A stretch of DNA of 64,000 bases from Prorocentrum cordatum (Eukaryota), in the NCBI GenBank assembly GCA_963575745.1, contig CAUYUJ010000001.1, positions 434,001 to 498,000 on the forward strand, read 5' to 3'. This document shows positions 12,278 through 23,931 of this stretch, one piece after another. Within the stretch, counting starts at the first letter, position 1, and each line of letters begins with the position of its first letter. Under the pieces are notes generated by a model, which worked only from the letters and a program-made list of their open reading frames with translations, was not told the DNA's origin and searched no databases. Made by a program: the position numbers and the translations under genes.

Positions 12278-12278
<1 letters not shown>
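12184..12278 (-). repeat. Split direct repeat A1 (5' terminus of the element)
   Basis: Copy of 5313-5407; abuts (TA)n directly. Confidence 0.95.
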
Positions 12279-12337
<59 letters not shown>

Positions 12338-12357
12338 ATACATATATACATACATAT

Positions 12358-12398
<41 letters not shown>
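12279..12398. repeat. (TA)n microsatellite, right flank of the YR retrotransposon
   Basis: Directly visible. Confidence 0.95.
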
Positions 12399-12402
<4 letters not shown>

Positions 12403-12584
12403 GGTGTTTCTGTTTTTGGTGGGCCCCCCTCCCCCCAACGAGAACTAAGTGTTTTCCCAACCATCCTGTGGTGTTGGGTCCTCGTTTTGAACAGACGGTG
12501 CCCCGCGCTCCTGCTCTCCTCATTTCCCCTCCTCCCCTCTCCCTCCTCCCCCTCCCACACCCCATTCTGGCACACCCCTCACAC

Positions 12585-14250
12585 GTTTCGTGGCCCCACA
12601 GGGAACTCCACCGAAGACCCCAGTGCCACCGTCCACATGCGTCCCCCCCACTCAGTACAGCGTCTCGTGGCCCATAGGGAGCTCCACCGAAGGCCCCAGT
12701 GCCATCGTCCACATGCGTCCCCCGAACTCAGTACAGCGCTTCGTGGCCCCATAAGGAGCCCCACCGAAGGTCACAGTGCCACCGTCCACATGCGTCCCCT
12801 CCACTCAGTACAGCGCTGCGTGGCCCCATGGGGAGCCCCACCGAATGCCCCAGCGCCACCGTCCACATGCGCACCCCCACTCAATACAGCGGTTCGTGGC
12901 CCCATAGGGAGCTCCACCGAAGGCCCCAGTGCCAACGTCCACATGCGTCCCCCCACTCAGTACAGCGTTTGGTGGCCCCATAAAGAGCTCCACCGAAGGC
13001 CCCAGCGCCACCGTCCACATGCGTCCCCCCCAGTCAATACAGCGTTCCGTGTCTCCATAGGGAGCTCCACCGAAAGCCCCAGTGCCACCGTCCACATGCG
13101 TCCCCCCACTCAATACAGCGGTTCGTGGCCCCATACGGAACTCCACCGAAGGCCCCAGTGCCACGGTCCACATGCGTCCCCCCCGCTCAGTACAGCGCTT
13201 CGTGGCCCCATAGGGAGCTCCACCGAACGCCCCAGCGCCAACGTCCACATGCGTCCCCCCGCTCAGTTCAGCGCTTCGTGGCCCCATGGGGAGCTCCACC
13301 GAAGGACCCACTGCCACCGTCCACATGCGTCCTCCCCATTCAATACAGCGCTTCGTGGCCCCATAGTGAGCTCCACCGAAGGCCCCAGTGCCATGGTCCA
13401 CATGCGTCCCCCCCACTCAATACAGCGTCGTGGCCCCATAGAGAGCCCCACCGAAGGTCACAGTGCTACCGTCCACATGCGTCCCCCCACTCAGTACAGC
13501 GTTTCGTGGCCACACAGGGAGCTCCACCGAAACCCCCAGTGGGACCGTCCGAATGCGTCCTGAAACACCCAATTTGGCACTGTTACCTAAAAAAATACAA
13601 CGTTTCGTGGCCCCACAAGGAGCTCCACTGAAGGCCTCCGTGCCACCGTCCGCACGCGTCCCGCACACCCAATGTGGCATTTTCACCCACCCAGTTCAAC
13701 ATTCCGTGGCCCCACAGGGAGCTCCTCCGAAGGCTCCTGTGGGACCGTCCGCCAGCGTCCCGGAACACCCATTGTGGCATTTTCACCCACCCAGTCAAGT
13801 ATTTCGTGGCCCCGTGGGGAACTCCACCGAAGGCCCCAGTGCCACCGTCCGCGTGCGTCCCGAAAACCCAACGTGGCATGTTTACCCACCCAACACAGCG
13901 TTTCGTGGCCCCTCAGTGAGCTCCACCGAAGTCCCCAGTGGGACCGTGCGCATGCGCCCTGGAAACCCATTTTGGCATTTTCATCCGCCCAATACAACGT
14001 TTCGTGGCCCCATAGGGAGTTCCACCGAAGCCTCCAGTGGGACCGTCCTCATGCGTCCAGGAAACACAATTTGGCACCTTCACTTACCCAGTTCAGCGTC
14101 TCGTGGCCCCATAAGGAGCTCCACCGAAGCCCCCAGTGGGACCGTCCGCATGCGCCCCCGGAGACCTTACTTGACACACCATTCACCCAAAACGCTCCCC
14201 CCCACCCAGTGCAGCGCTTCGTGGCCCCATAGGGAGTTTCACCGAAGAAG
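12585..14250 (+). repeat. Tandem satellite: ~76-bp units (about 13) followed by ~100-bp units (about 6)
   Basis: Core CGTGGCCCCATAGGGAGCTCCACCGAAGGCCCCAGTG recurs near 12589, 12667, 12742 ... 13505, then near 13606, 13705, 13805, 13903, 14003, 14102. Confidence 0.93.
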
Positions 14251-15664
14251 ATTTCCACAATTGCGGTACCCACAACTGCACATGGTTGGCTCCTTCGCCG
14301 GGATAATTGTTAGAGGGGCAAACAAAAATCCTGTCCCTCCTCCGCCTCCTCCTCCCCCTCCCCCCAGGCTATAGTTTTTTGCTACGGATATGCTTCGAAG
14401 GAAAGATGTACCCCGCTTGGCATTGCGTTGGCATTGGTTTAGCCATAGTTTGGCATCGCGTTGGCACTGCGTTGGCATCGCACTTGGCAGTGCGTTGGCG
14501 TTGCGCTTGCACGTCGGAGGTCTTGCGCTGGCGGGTCGGAATGGAATCCTCCGGCGGAGGACTCACATTGAAAGCCTCTACCAGAAGGATTCCTGCTGAA
14601 ACCCTCGACAATAAGGGTTCATCCACATTGAACCCCTGGACAATAGGATTCTGCGCGAAGCCCTCCGCCAAACAAATGTCGAATTACCCTGGCGACGTAC
14701 CAAACCCCAGCGCAAACGCGGGGCGCCAATAGTTTACTGCGCTTTTTTAAAAAAGGGGGGGGGACATGGCGGAGCGCGGGCCACGCGCGCCTGCATGCGG
14801 AGTTCGGGGGGCTCGCAGGACACTGGCTACAGGACAAGGACTATATAAAGCTGATTATTCACAATCCCTGAGCACCCCTGGCCACTTCGAAAAGCGGGAA
14901 TCTCATATCGCAGCCCCCGAGAGATGGCGAGGTCTGACGTGAGTCTGCGGCGGGGTCCCAGAAACAATAACGGTTCGAGGATGATGTGATCGAGGGCCTG
15001 AGAGCAAATCGCGAGGCATGAAGGGCGTCTCGTGGGGAGCAAGCTGTTGCTTTCCGCTTCGCCCGCAGCAAATGACGTGCAAAGCGCTTGCATCTTTTAC
15101 GAGGTGCAACTCTTCACCCAGCGGGTTCCAAACAATTTGATGCAGCGTAGACGCAGACACATGTGATTGAACTACTACCCGCCAGGATCCCGAAGAGCCC
15201 CCGCTGACGTGGCCACAGCAACATGGCGTGGAGGGCACGAGTGAGGCAACAAAGGAACATCGGAGGATAAGGGGGGGGCGACGATTTGAGGCATGCCAAT
15301 TGTCGCCACAGTCACTGCAGGATGCAATAGCTGCACAAAACGGAACCTAGAAGCCAGCAGAAGAGCTTGCGCCGCGTGGGGCCTCGCTCTTCATTCACTC
15401 GACGCCCTAGTAGGCGGCGCGGGCGCGCTTGCCGCGCACGCGCCTCGCACGCAGGCCCCAAACGCTAGCCGCTGTATCATGAGTCGACGCACTGCTCATC
15501 AATCTTCCAGTCGGCAAGACTACGTCCTCATGGCGCTCCCCCCGGCCTAGCGCACCTGCTTGGACATCTGCCAAGATCACATTGCGCAGTTCAAAGGATC
15601 CCATGCTGGGGTTGGTGCGTCTGTTCCAGCATTCTTCTTTATACTCCGTCACCAGGCTCAGCAA

Positions 15665-16510
15665 TCGCGATCGCTGTGCTGCCCCCCCTCCAGCATGCCT
15701 CGAAAAGGGGCGACAGTTTCACCGATCGCAGCCCCCCAGGGACGGCAGGTCCGATTTGGGCCCGCGCGTGGCGCCACTGTGCTGCCCCCCCCCAGCACGC
15801 CTCGGAAGTGGCGGCAGCTTCACACACAGCCCCCCCAGGGATGGCGAGGTCTAGTTTGAGTCCGCGCGTGGCGTCACTGTGCTGGGCCCCCCAGCAGGCT
15901 TCGAAAGTGGCCACAGTTTCGCAGATCGCAGCCCCCCAGGGATGGCGAGGTCTAATTTGGGTCCGCGCGTGGCGTCGCTGTGCCGGGCCCCCCCCCCAGG
16001 GATGGCGAGGTCTAGTTTGGCCCCGCGCGTGGCGTCACTGTGCTGGGCCCACCAGCAGGCGTCGAAAGTTGCGACAGCTTCACAGATCGCAGCCCCCCCA
16101 GGGACGGCAAGGTCTAATTTGGGTCCTCGCGTGGCGTCACGGTGATGCCCCCCCCAGCAGGCCTCGAACGTAGCGGCAGTTTCACAAATCGCAGCCCCCC
16201 ATGGGTGGCGAGGTCTAATTTGGTTCCGCGCGTGGCGTCGCTGTGCTGGGCCCCCCCCCAGCAAGCCTCGAAAGTGGCGACGGTTTCACTGATGGCAGCC
16301 CCCCAGGGATGGCGAGGTCCAGTTTGGCCCCGCGCGTGGCGTCACTGTGCTGGGCCCCCCAACAGGCCTCGAAAGTGGCGACAGTTTCGCAGATCGCAAC
16401 CCCCCAGGGACGGCGAGGTCTAATTTGGGTCCGCGCGTGGCGTCACTGTGCTGGGCCCCCCAGCAGGCCTCGAACGCAGCGACTGTTTCACAGATCGCAG
16501 CCCCCCGCAG
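15665..16510 (+). repeat. Tandem satellite, ~100-bp unit, about 8 copies
   Basis: GCGTGGCGTCACTGTGCTGGGCCCCCCAGCAGGCCTCGAAAGTGGCGACAGTTTC...GATCGCAGCCCCCCAGGGATGGCGAGGTCTA repeated; one shortened unit near 15970-16027. Confidence 0.93.
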
Positions 16511-16759
16511 GCAAGACAGGATGAGGCAGGCAGGAGGCAGGAAGGAGGCGGGAGGAGACGCGCGAGCAGTGCTCTATTCAAAACGAATACCCAAACAAGG
16601 AGGGCTGGGAATAAAGCAGGAAGCAGGACGCAGGAGGAGGGAGGGAGGCGGGAGGAAGGAAGGTGGAGACCACAGTCCCTTATTCACAACGAATACCCAA
16701 GGAGAGTTGGGAAACACAACGAAACAAAACGACTGAACTCTATCACGCAAGCTTTCCCC

Positions 16760-18505
16760 CATCGGTATTGCATTGACATTGGCATGGGGCCACCTTCGCA
16801 TTAAGTTGGCATTGCGTTGGCACTGCTTTGTCATTGCGCTGGCGGGTTCCAATAGCTCCCTTCGCAGAATGATTCTGCCGAGCCGCACACGAACAGGATT
16901 TCGATTGAACCATTCCACAAGAAGGGTTCGCATTGAACCCATCCGAAGCACTCCATAGAAGGAGCCTTATTGAAAACGACCACAATATATTCCCCCAAGC
17001 ATTTCATTGGGATTGGGTTGGGGTTGCCGTGTCATTGGTTTGGCATGGCGTTGGCACTGATTTGGCGTTGCGCTGGCGAGTGGCTTCCACCAAAAAAAAT
17101 CCGATTGAAACCTTCCGCACGAAGGGTTCCTTTTGAAAGCCCCCGCCTGCAGGGTTCATGGTTCAACCCTCCACATACGGATTCTTGCCGAAACCCTCCA
17201 CAAGGAGATTCCTATCGACATCCTCCGACGAAGGATCCGTAACCAAATCATCTACACCAGGGCTTCTGTCGGAATATGTTGAAAGACTGGAACCACGCCA
17301 TCAGTATTGCATTGGCATTGGTTTGGTAACGGCGTGGCATCGCATTGGTATTGCGTTGGCATTGCGATGGCATTCCGCTCCTCATAAAGGATTCCGATTG
17401 AAGACGTCCACAAGAATGGTGACTACGGACCCCCACTATGAGGATTCACTTTGCAATCCTGCGCACACAAAGGGTTCCATGCGAATCCTTCCACACAGGG
17501 ATGCCTATTGAACTCCTCCGAAGAAGGGTCCTTCGAAAGATTCCTGTGTGGATGACATCATTCACATGAAGGGCTTGTAGAAGGATTGATATTGATCGCT
17601 ACTACCAACAATCCACCCTCACTGGCGTTGCGTTGGCATTAGGTTTCGCCTTGGCGTTGGTTCGGCATTCTGGTGGCACTGCGTTGGCATTGCGCTGGCG
17701 AATTCTCACGCCCCCCTTCTCAGAACGATTCCGCGTTAAACCCTCTGCAAGTAAGATCCTCTTGGAATATGTAACAAAGGGTCCCCCTCCTTGGCATTGC
17801 ATTGACATTGTATTGGGGCCGCCTTGGCATTGGTTTGGCATTGCTATGGCACTGCTTCGGCATTGCGTTGGCATTGCGCTGGCGAGTCCTATGTCTCCCT
17901 CCGCAAAGGACTCCGACTGAACCCCCCGCAAGAAAATTCCGAGTGAAACCCTCAACAGGAAGATCCCCATTCCAATTGAAATCCTCCGAATAAGGATTCG
18001 TAGTTACACCGTCCACAAAATATTCTGCTTGAAATCCACAGAGCGAAAGGATTCCCCCATTGGCATTGGATTGGGCATTGCTTTGGCATTGCGTTCGCGC
18101 GTCCTTGTGTCTCCTTTCGCACAGCGGTTCCTATTAAAACCTTCCAAGAGTAAGTTCCCACTTAACATCTACCACAAACGCCCCCCCATTGGCATTGCAC
18201 TGGCAATGGATTGAGATCGCCTTGGCATTTCTTGGGCATTGCGATGAAACTGCTTCGGCATTGCGTTGGCATTGCGCTGGCGAGTCCTATGTCTCCCTCC
18301 GCAGACGGTCTCCTACTGAACCCCCCCACAAAAAATCCGAGCGAAACCCTCCACAGGAGGATCCTTATCGAAACCCGTCACAGAGGCATTCAAATTGAAA
18401 CCCTCCGAATACAGATTCGTAGTGACACCGTCCACAAAGGACTCTGACTGAAAACCACCGAGCGAAGGGAATTCCCCATTCACATTGCATTGGCATTGGT
18501 TGGCA
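16760..18505 (+). repeat. Diverged compound repeat with (TGGCATTGCGT)n blocks alternating with GATTCC/AAACCCTCC-rich blocks
   Basis: Blocks recur every ~200-300 bp; ~17850-18075 closely resembles ~18250-18500; another copy lies at ~14415-14680. Confidence 0.75.
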
Positions 18506-18892
18506 AAAAAACTGATATCGCATCGGCATGTTTTCGCCTGGTGCAGGAAATAGACAGAGGGAGCCACATAAAGAAAAAGAGAGAGAGAGAACACGATATA
18601 ACGATCTAGCGGGAGAAGCAATGTATGAGGGGATCACGACGAGCAGAAAAATGGCAAACAACATCAAACTCTAGAAAGATGAAACAGCGTCCCACTCGGT
18701 AAAATCAAGATCAAAACGACGAGGGGCTCCACAATCCCCCGGCCTCGAGGAAAAGGAGGGGGAGGAAAGGGAGGAGGCGCGATCCCAGCTAACACCAGCG
18801 CCACGCGTCAACCCAAATGAAGGCAGAGGTTGCGTTGGGGTGGCGCCGAACCCCTGTTGGCCTGGCGCCGCGCCCTCCCCCCCCTCCCGCTC

Positions 18893-18955
18893 CTGCAGCA
18901 GCCTGAGCACGACGGGCGTGCCCACCATCGAAGTCGCGCCAGTGAACACGAGCTC
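18893..18955 (-). CDS. CER1/CER3-like gene, exon E (ELVFTGATSMVGTPVVLRLLQ)
   Basis: Resembles the CER3/WAX2 dinucleotide-binding motif EVFLTGATSKLG; pyrimidine tract plus CAG acceptor (a tandem CAG 3 nt upstream is possible); probable CAG|GA donor; phase 0. Confidence 0.8.
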
Positions 18956-21039
18956 CTGCTGAGGAGGAGGAAGCGGATAAGGAGGAGGAGGGGGAGGAGG
19001 AGGAGGAGGGCGCGGAGGAGGGGGAGGAGGAGGAAGCGGAGGAGGAGGAGGAGGAGGAGGAGGAGGAGGAGGACGAGGAAATGTTCGGCACCAGGGAGGG
19101 TGCGTTCCGATGGCACGTCCAACGGACGGGGGGACGGGGGGGGGGTCGTAGGGGTTGCCGTGTTCACTGCGATGACGCCCTCCCGCCACCAGTACGAGGC
19201 CGCAGCAACCCCAGAAGGCCACAACCTCAGAGCCCGCAGGCCCACCTTCGACCCTCCCTTGAGAGCCGACGTCGGAAACAAAACTGGGACGCAGCAAAAC
19301 ATCGCGCCTGTAAACCAGGACCCTACCTTTCTGCGCCATTTTTCGAGCCGGATCGCTCTGTGAATGTCCCCGGGTGCACGGCTTCCCCAGGGGCCGTAGG
19401 CGACCCGAGAAGGGGGAGGAGGTGGAGGAGGAAAGGGGAAGAGGAAATGGAGGAGGATATGGAGGAGGGGGCGCAGGAGGAGGAGAAGGCGGAGGAGGAG
19501 GTGGAGGAGGAGGAAGAGGAGGAGGAGGAGGAGGACAGGACATGACAGGACAGGACAGGACAGAACAGGACAGGACAGGACAGGACATCCGCATGCATGA
19601 GGGGGTCAACTTCGAAACTCCCGGCAAGGAGCCGTGGGGTACGACTTGCAACATCCCCCGCGAATGCGATTTGCCGCAGGCCCACACTTCATGGGGCCGG
19701 CAAGGGGCGTGCCCCGATGCTCTAAGGGGCAGGCTCCGAGGAGGCCCCGTAAGAGAGGCCCCGTAATGCGAGTCCCTACAGGTCAGTGCGGAGGGAGCAG
19801 CTGCTGGTCCTCTCGCGTGCCCACTCCTTGGGGAACGCGCTGAGCGAGCAGGGCTCCCAGGCAGGGAAAAGAAGACGACGCGGCCACTCCACAACGACAC
19901 ACGAGGAGAGGAGGAGGGAAGGAACGCAGGAGGCCCAGTTTCGTGCCACACTTATGCTGGGGGGCCTAAGTAATGTTCTGCCAAAGTCCTGCGGGGGCCA
20001 CGCTTCGAACAGAGTCCCTCCCTCTCTAGACTCACTTCGCTTCGTGGACGTGCTGATCGATGGCCAAACCATGCCATATAGTGTTCGACACATTCCCTGT
20101 GCTGCAATACGCTGCATCCGAATTCTCTGTAGTAATCAAAGTACACCTCTGAAATACACCCTCCACTCGGCGTGTAGGTAGGGGCGAGCAATACCACTAT
20201 GGTCACGGCGTGTGAGAGGCAGGAGGAGGATGAGGAGGACGACGGTTCGCCGAAGCCCTTCGGAGAAACCCTCCAGTCCAAAATTTGGCGATACAAACCC
20301 GGCCCGAAAACCTCGAGACGCCCCGCAGGACGGTTGGACGACGACCTCGGGGGGCGCACGGCAACACGTCGGCGCCGTGATGAAGATGAAAGATGGCGAC
20401 GAGGATGGATGTAATAAACATGTTGCATCATGTGGTACACTGAATGCGACCATTGTTCTCGTGGGCGGCCTCTGCGCCTCTGGTACGCCCGTTGTTTAGG
20501 GGTGCCAAACTGTCTGGGGCCCAGGGACACAACAATGAACAGTGCTGGACCTGTGCGTTGTTGTTCGGTTTGCTCTTGTGTTGTGTTTCGTTCTGCTCCA
20601 CTTGTTTTTTCCTGAACCTCCCTGCCAAGACGAGAAAACACAACGCAGCCGAAGTCGAGCAAAAACAGCGTGTAGGCCCAGCCCTGCAAAAATAAACAGG
20701 AACAAATCCCAATATTCCCAGTCTGTTCCATGTGTTCTGCATGTTCGCCTCCCCTTGAGCAGGGACCGACCGTCCCGGCATACGACAGCATCTTAGAACC
20801 CAAACATGTTCGAATTACAAAAACAGGGTTCTTAGAACATACGCCCGATGTGTGAAAACAAGACAGTCTCGGCCAGAAATGTTATGATAACATATCGTGG
20901 ACACCACAACAGGTTCTCAGAACATTGCCTGGTAGGCATATGTGGGCACGCCAAGACGCTTCGCCACTGCTTAAACTTTCGCCCCCCATCCGCCTCCCAC
21001 ATTTCCCGGGGGATCGGGGGGGGAAGGGGGGGGGAGGGG

Positions 21040-21328
21040 GGGAGGAGGAGGAGGAGGAGGAGGAGGAGGAGGAGGAGGAGGAGGAGGAGGAGGAGGAGGA
21101 GGAGGAGGAGGAGGAGGAGGAGGAGGAGGAGGAGGAGGAGGAGGAGGAGGAGGAGGAGGAGGGGAGGAGGAGGAGGGAGGAGGAGGAGGAGGAGGGAGGA
21201 GGAGGAGGAGGAGGAGGAGGAGGAGGAGGAGGAGGAGGAGGAGGAGGAGGAGGAGGAGGAGGTGGAGGAGGAGGAGGAGGAGGAGGAGAAGGAGGAGGAG
21301 GAGGAGGAGGGGGAGGGGGAAGAGGAGG
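21040..21328. repeat. (GGA)n microsatellite (intronic)
   Basis: Directly visible; similar tracts at ~18961-19080, 19420-19535, 43465-43745, 50684-50950. Confidence 0.95.
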
Positions 21329-21340
21329 CGGGTGGCGCAC

Positions 21341-21412
21341 CTGCTCTGGCCGGATGCACTGCCGCAGCCGGAAGCAGACCACGGCCGCGGTGAGTGTGTT
21401 GCCGTGGACGAC
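21341..21412 (-). CDS. CER1/CER3-like gene, exon D (VVHGNTLTAAVVCFRLRQCIRPEQ)
   Basis: Near-exact match to the CER3 motif VVHGNTLTAAV; AAG| acceptor and CAG|GTGCGC donor; 72 bp, phase 0. Confidence 0.9.
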
Positions 21413-22148
21413 CTTGAGGGGCAACGATAGGAGGGGATGAGCGTACTGGCCATCGCTCGGACGTCCATTTCCTGTGTTTTTGTTCGGTTTCGTGCGTGGT
21501 TTTTTCGCCAAATGATCAAGGATGCTCCTCGATGGTCCTCGCCGCAGGAAAAACTGCACACGTCCGAGCGATGCCAAGCGTAGGGGGGAAGCATCGACCT
21601 GGCAAAGGGCTGAACCTCAACGGTGTTTTTCGTTTTCGTTTCGTCTTCGCTTTCCCTCGTGTTGTCTTCAATCCGCCTCTAGCGCAAAACGAAATCGAAA
21701 CGAAAACGGCCCACGAAATCGCCAAAACACCGTTTAGGTCCACCCCTGACCTGGAATCGGCGATACCTCGCCGACAGATCGGTGACAGGCCTCCGAGAGT
21801 GAGTCCGTACGCTCCTGGGAAGGTGGGGGCCACTGGGCCCATCTCGGCGATCAGTGGGCGATTGGGGGTCGATGCATTCGCCCCTACTCCAAATCCCTTG
21901 TTAATCGTCCCCTGGGTCTAAATTTTTAAGGCGCCTCTTTTACAACTGGAGGGGTCCGGTTTATCAGGGCGCTTTCTTTGGATTGGAGCCTAGGGGGTCT
22001 GGTTTATGAAGGCGCCCCGTCGAAGAGAGAAGGGTCTGGAATACTAGGTCGCATTCGGAGGGGGGGTTGGTTGCTTAGGGTGGGGGTCGATGAATAAAGG
22101 ATTTGGAGTACGCCTCTTCCCCCCCCCCCTACTCGTTGCTCCCGAGAC

Positions 22149-22214
22149 CTTCACCCGGGAGTGCGCGGGGAGGTGCGGCAGGAGGCTCCGCCCGCCGCCG
22201 TTCAGGAAGACCGC
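22149..22214 (-). CDS. CER1/CER3-like gene, exon C (AVFLNGGGRSLLPHLPAHSRVK)
   Basis: Supplies the conserved LNGGG segment between ALNK and VVHGN; GCAG| acceptor and AAG|GT donor; 66 bp, phase 0. Confidence 0.88.
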
Positions 22215-23089
22215 CTGCGTCGGGCGCGCGCCGAGACATCCTTGGCGTCTCGACTTTGTTCGAGCCGGGCGTTTCGGGCGGGTGCCAATCGGGGAGCCAC
22301 AAAGGACGTACGGAAAAAACCGTGCACATGAACACGGCCCCTCGATCCGCGAGACCGTCCGCGCGATACGAACATTCGCGCAATGCATACTCTCGAAACC
22401 AGCGTGGATTCATGTACGTGTACGTCCTTCTGTCGCTCCTGACTAATGGGGGGTGGCCAACATGGGGGGTGAAGACAGGGGCCCTGTTTTCTTCACCCCC
22501 CATGTGGGCCACCCCCCAACGGGGGGATGACCAAAATGGGGGGTCACCAAAAGTGGGGGGTGACCAGAATGGGAGGCGAAGACAGGGGCTCTTTTTTCTT
22601 CACCCCCCATGTGGGCCACCACCCATTGGCACCCGCCCGATTTCTCGAGCCAGGCGCTTGCGCACAGCTTCGGGCCCCAGGGCCCCCACAGATCGATCCC
22701 ACTCGAAAGAGGGCTCCGAAGGATGAGGCCCAAGGCTCCAGGCGCGATTTCTCTCGCAGCCTCTCCATGTTTTTGTTGAGGGGGATCCGTGGACTTTGGC
22801 GCGTGGGCGCCAGATCCGCGGATCGGGAAGGCCCCCCGCCCCCGAAGCGTGCGGCCAACGCCGCTCGACTTGACGACGGAGCGCGCCGATTCTGCACGGG
22901 AGCGGGACCCGCGGCGAATCGTTGAGCCCTGCTCCATGCCTGCGCTTCCTCGACTGCGGGGCTCGCAGGGGAGAGGGCCTGGGAGGGCACGCGCCGGCCG
23001 TAAGAGGCAAGCAGGAGCACGAGGTATAGTAAGGATATCTGGGCCCACGCCCGCCAGACGAAGCAGGAAAGAGAAGGGAACACCACTCC

Positions 23090-23742
23090 GTGGCTGAAAT
23101 CGGAAGGCGCTTGAGACAGATTGGGATCTGGGAGTCCAGCAAAACACATGTTTTTAAGTCGGGCGTGTCCCCCCTACAGGCGGATTTTGGACGAAAAATC
23201 AAATTTCCTCAAACAATGCACCTAAATGAACCAAAATAGTCAAACAACTCGTCCCAGGACTATTTCTTACTATTTTTGAACATCCTCCCTGTAGAGGGAC
23301 AGGCCCGACTTAAACCTACTTTCAACGACCAATGGGGACCAGATACTTGGGAAGACCAGAAGGTACTCATACAACTACCCCCAGGACCTCTCATAGGGCG
23401 CGCTTTGACCAGGACTTCGAGGTGAATCCAGCGGTGGCGAGAACGACCACTCAGGAGGCTGACAAAGTGGAAAACGGGCGAACGGTAGCGGTACGGATAA
23501 ACACTCAGGGTTTCTTAATACGCGTCGGGGGGCGTCACCCCCGCCGACGGCCCCATATCGACCCCCGTCGCGGGCAGCCACCGCGCGCCGAAGGCGCTCC
23601 GACCCCCGTCGCGGCGCGACGATGAAGCGAGGTTGACACCCGTCGGGGGGGTACTCCCCTACGTTTTTATTTATATATATATGTGTATATATATGTATAT
23701 ATAACCCAGAGTACCTTGTCCCCCTCTGAGTACTAGCTGCGC
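23090..23742 (+). repeat. Dispersed repeat R1, copy 1, left part (interrupted by MITE M1)
   Basis: Homologous to 42231-42343 plus 43852-44198; a partial inverted copy lies at ~47340-47490. Confidence 0.85.
23151..23316. mobile_element. MITE M1, copy 3 (empty site visible at ~42290)
   Basis: TIRs TTAAGTCGGGCGTGTCCCCCTACAGG ... CCTGTAGAGGGACAGGCCCGACTTAA; the paralogous sequence at 42277-42305 lacks it. Confidence 0.85.
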
Positions 23743-23931
23743 GGGTCAAGGGGCGAATCCCCCCCCCTTGCGTTTTAACATGTCACATTCCGTGGGAGGC
23801 GGAGCGCGTCGTTTGCTTGCTGCTGGTGTCGGCATGGTATACCCGCTGTGCGTTTCCTCGGCGCTGCCTCACTTTTCCTCCCTCTCTCTCTCTCTCTTTT
23901 TGTTCTCTCTCTCTCTCTCTCTCTCCCAAGT

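Larger units (their letters stand above)
5092..12278 (-). mobile_element. Full-length YR retrotransposon (DIRS order, PAT/Ngaro-like split direct repeats) carrying a cytosine methyltransferase-like domain
   Basis: Minus-strand order: A1 (12184-12278), gag, RT, RNase H, C5-MTase, YR, B1 (5425-5582), A2 (5313-5407), B2 (5092-5250). Both ends are flanked by (TA)n. Confidence 0.92.

Noticed and set aside
4790..12450. Outer inverted repeats beyond the TA tracts
   Set aside because: The similarity is low-complexity (C-run then A-run) and too weak to call.
13966..13976. CCATTTTGGC as a spliced-leader relic
   Set aside because: Part of the satellite unit; lacks TCAAG.
12585..14250. CRISPR-like regular repeat
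   Set aside because: The whole unit is repeated, with no unique spacers and no cas genes; it is a tandem satellite.
15555..15664. LSLVTEYKEE.. as a further CER exon
   Set aside because: There is only a faint resemblance to LVQVTKY, the following residues do not fit, and no clear acceptor is present.
15665..16510. CRISPR-like or coding repeat
   Set aside because: Full-unit tandem repeat of ~100 bp that does not preserve frame.
20832..21594. Poly-Glu/Arg/Gly/Pro ORFs
   Set aside because: (GGA)n artefacts; only the 72-bp exon 21341-21412 is supported.
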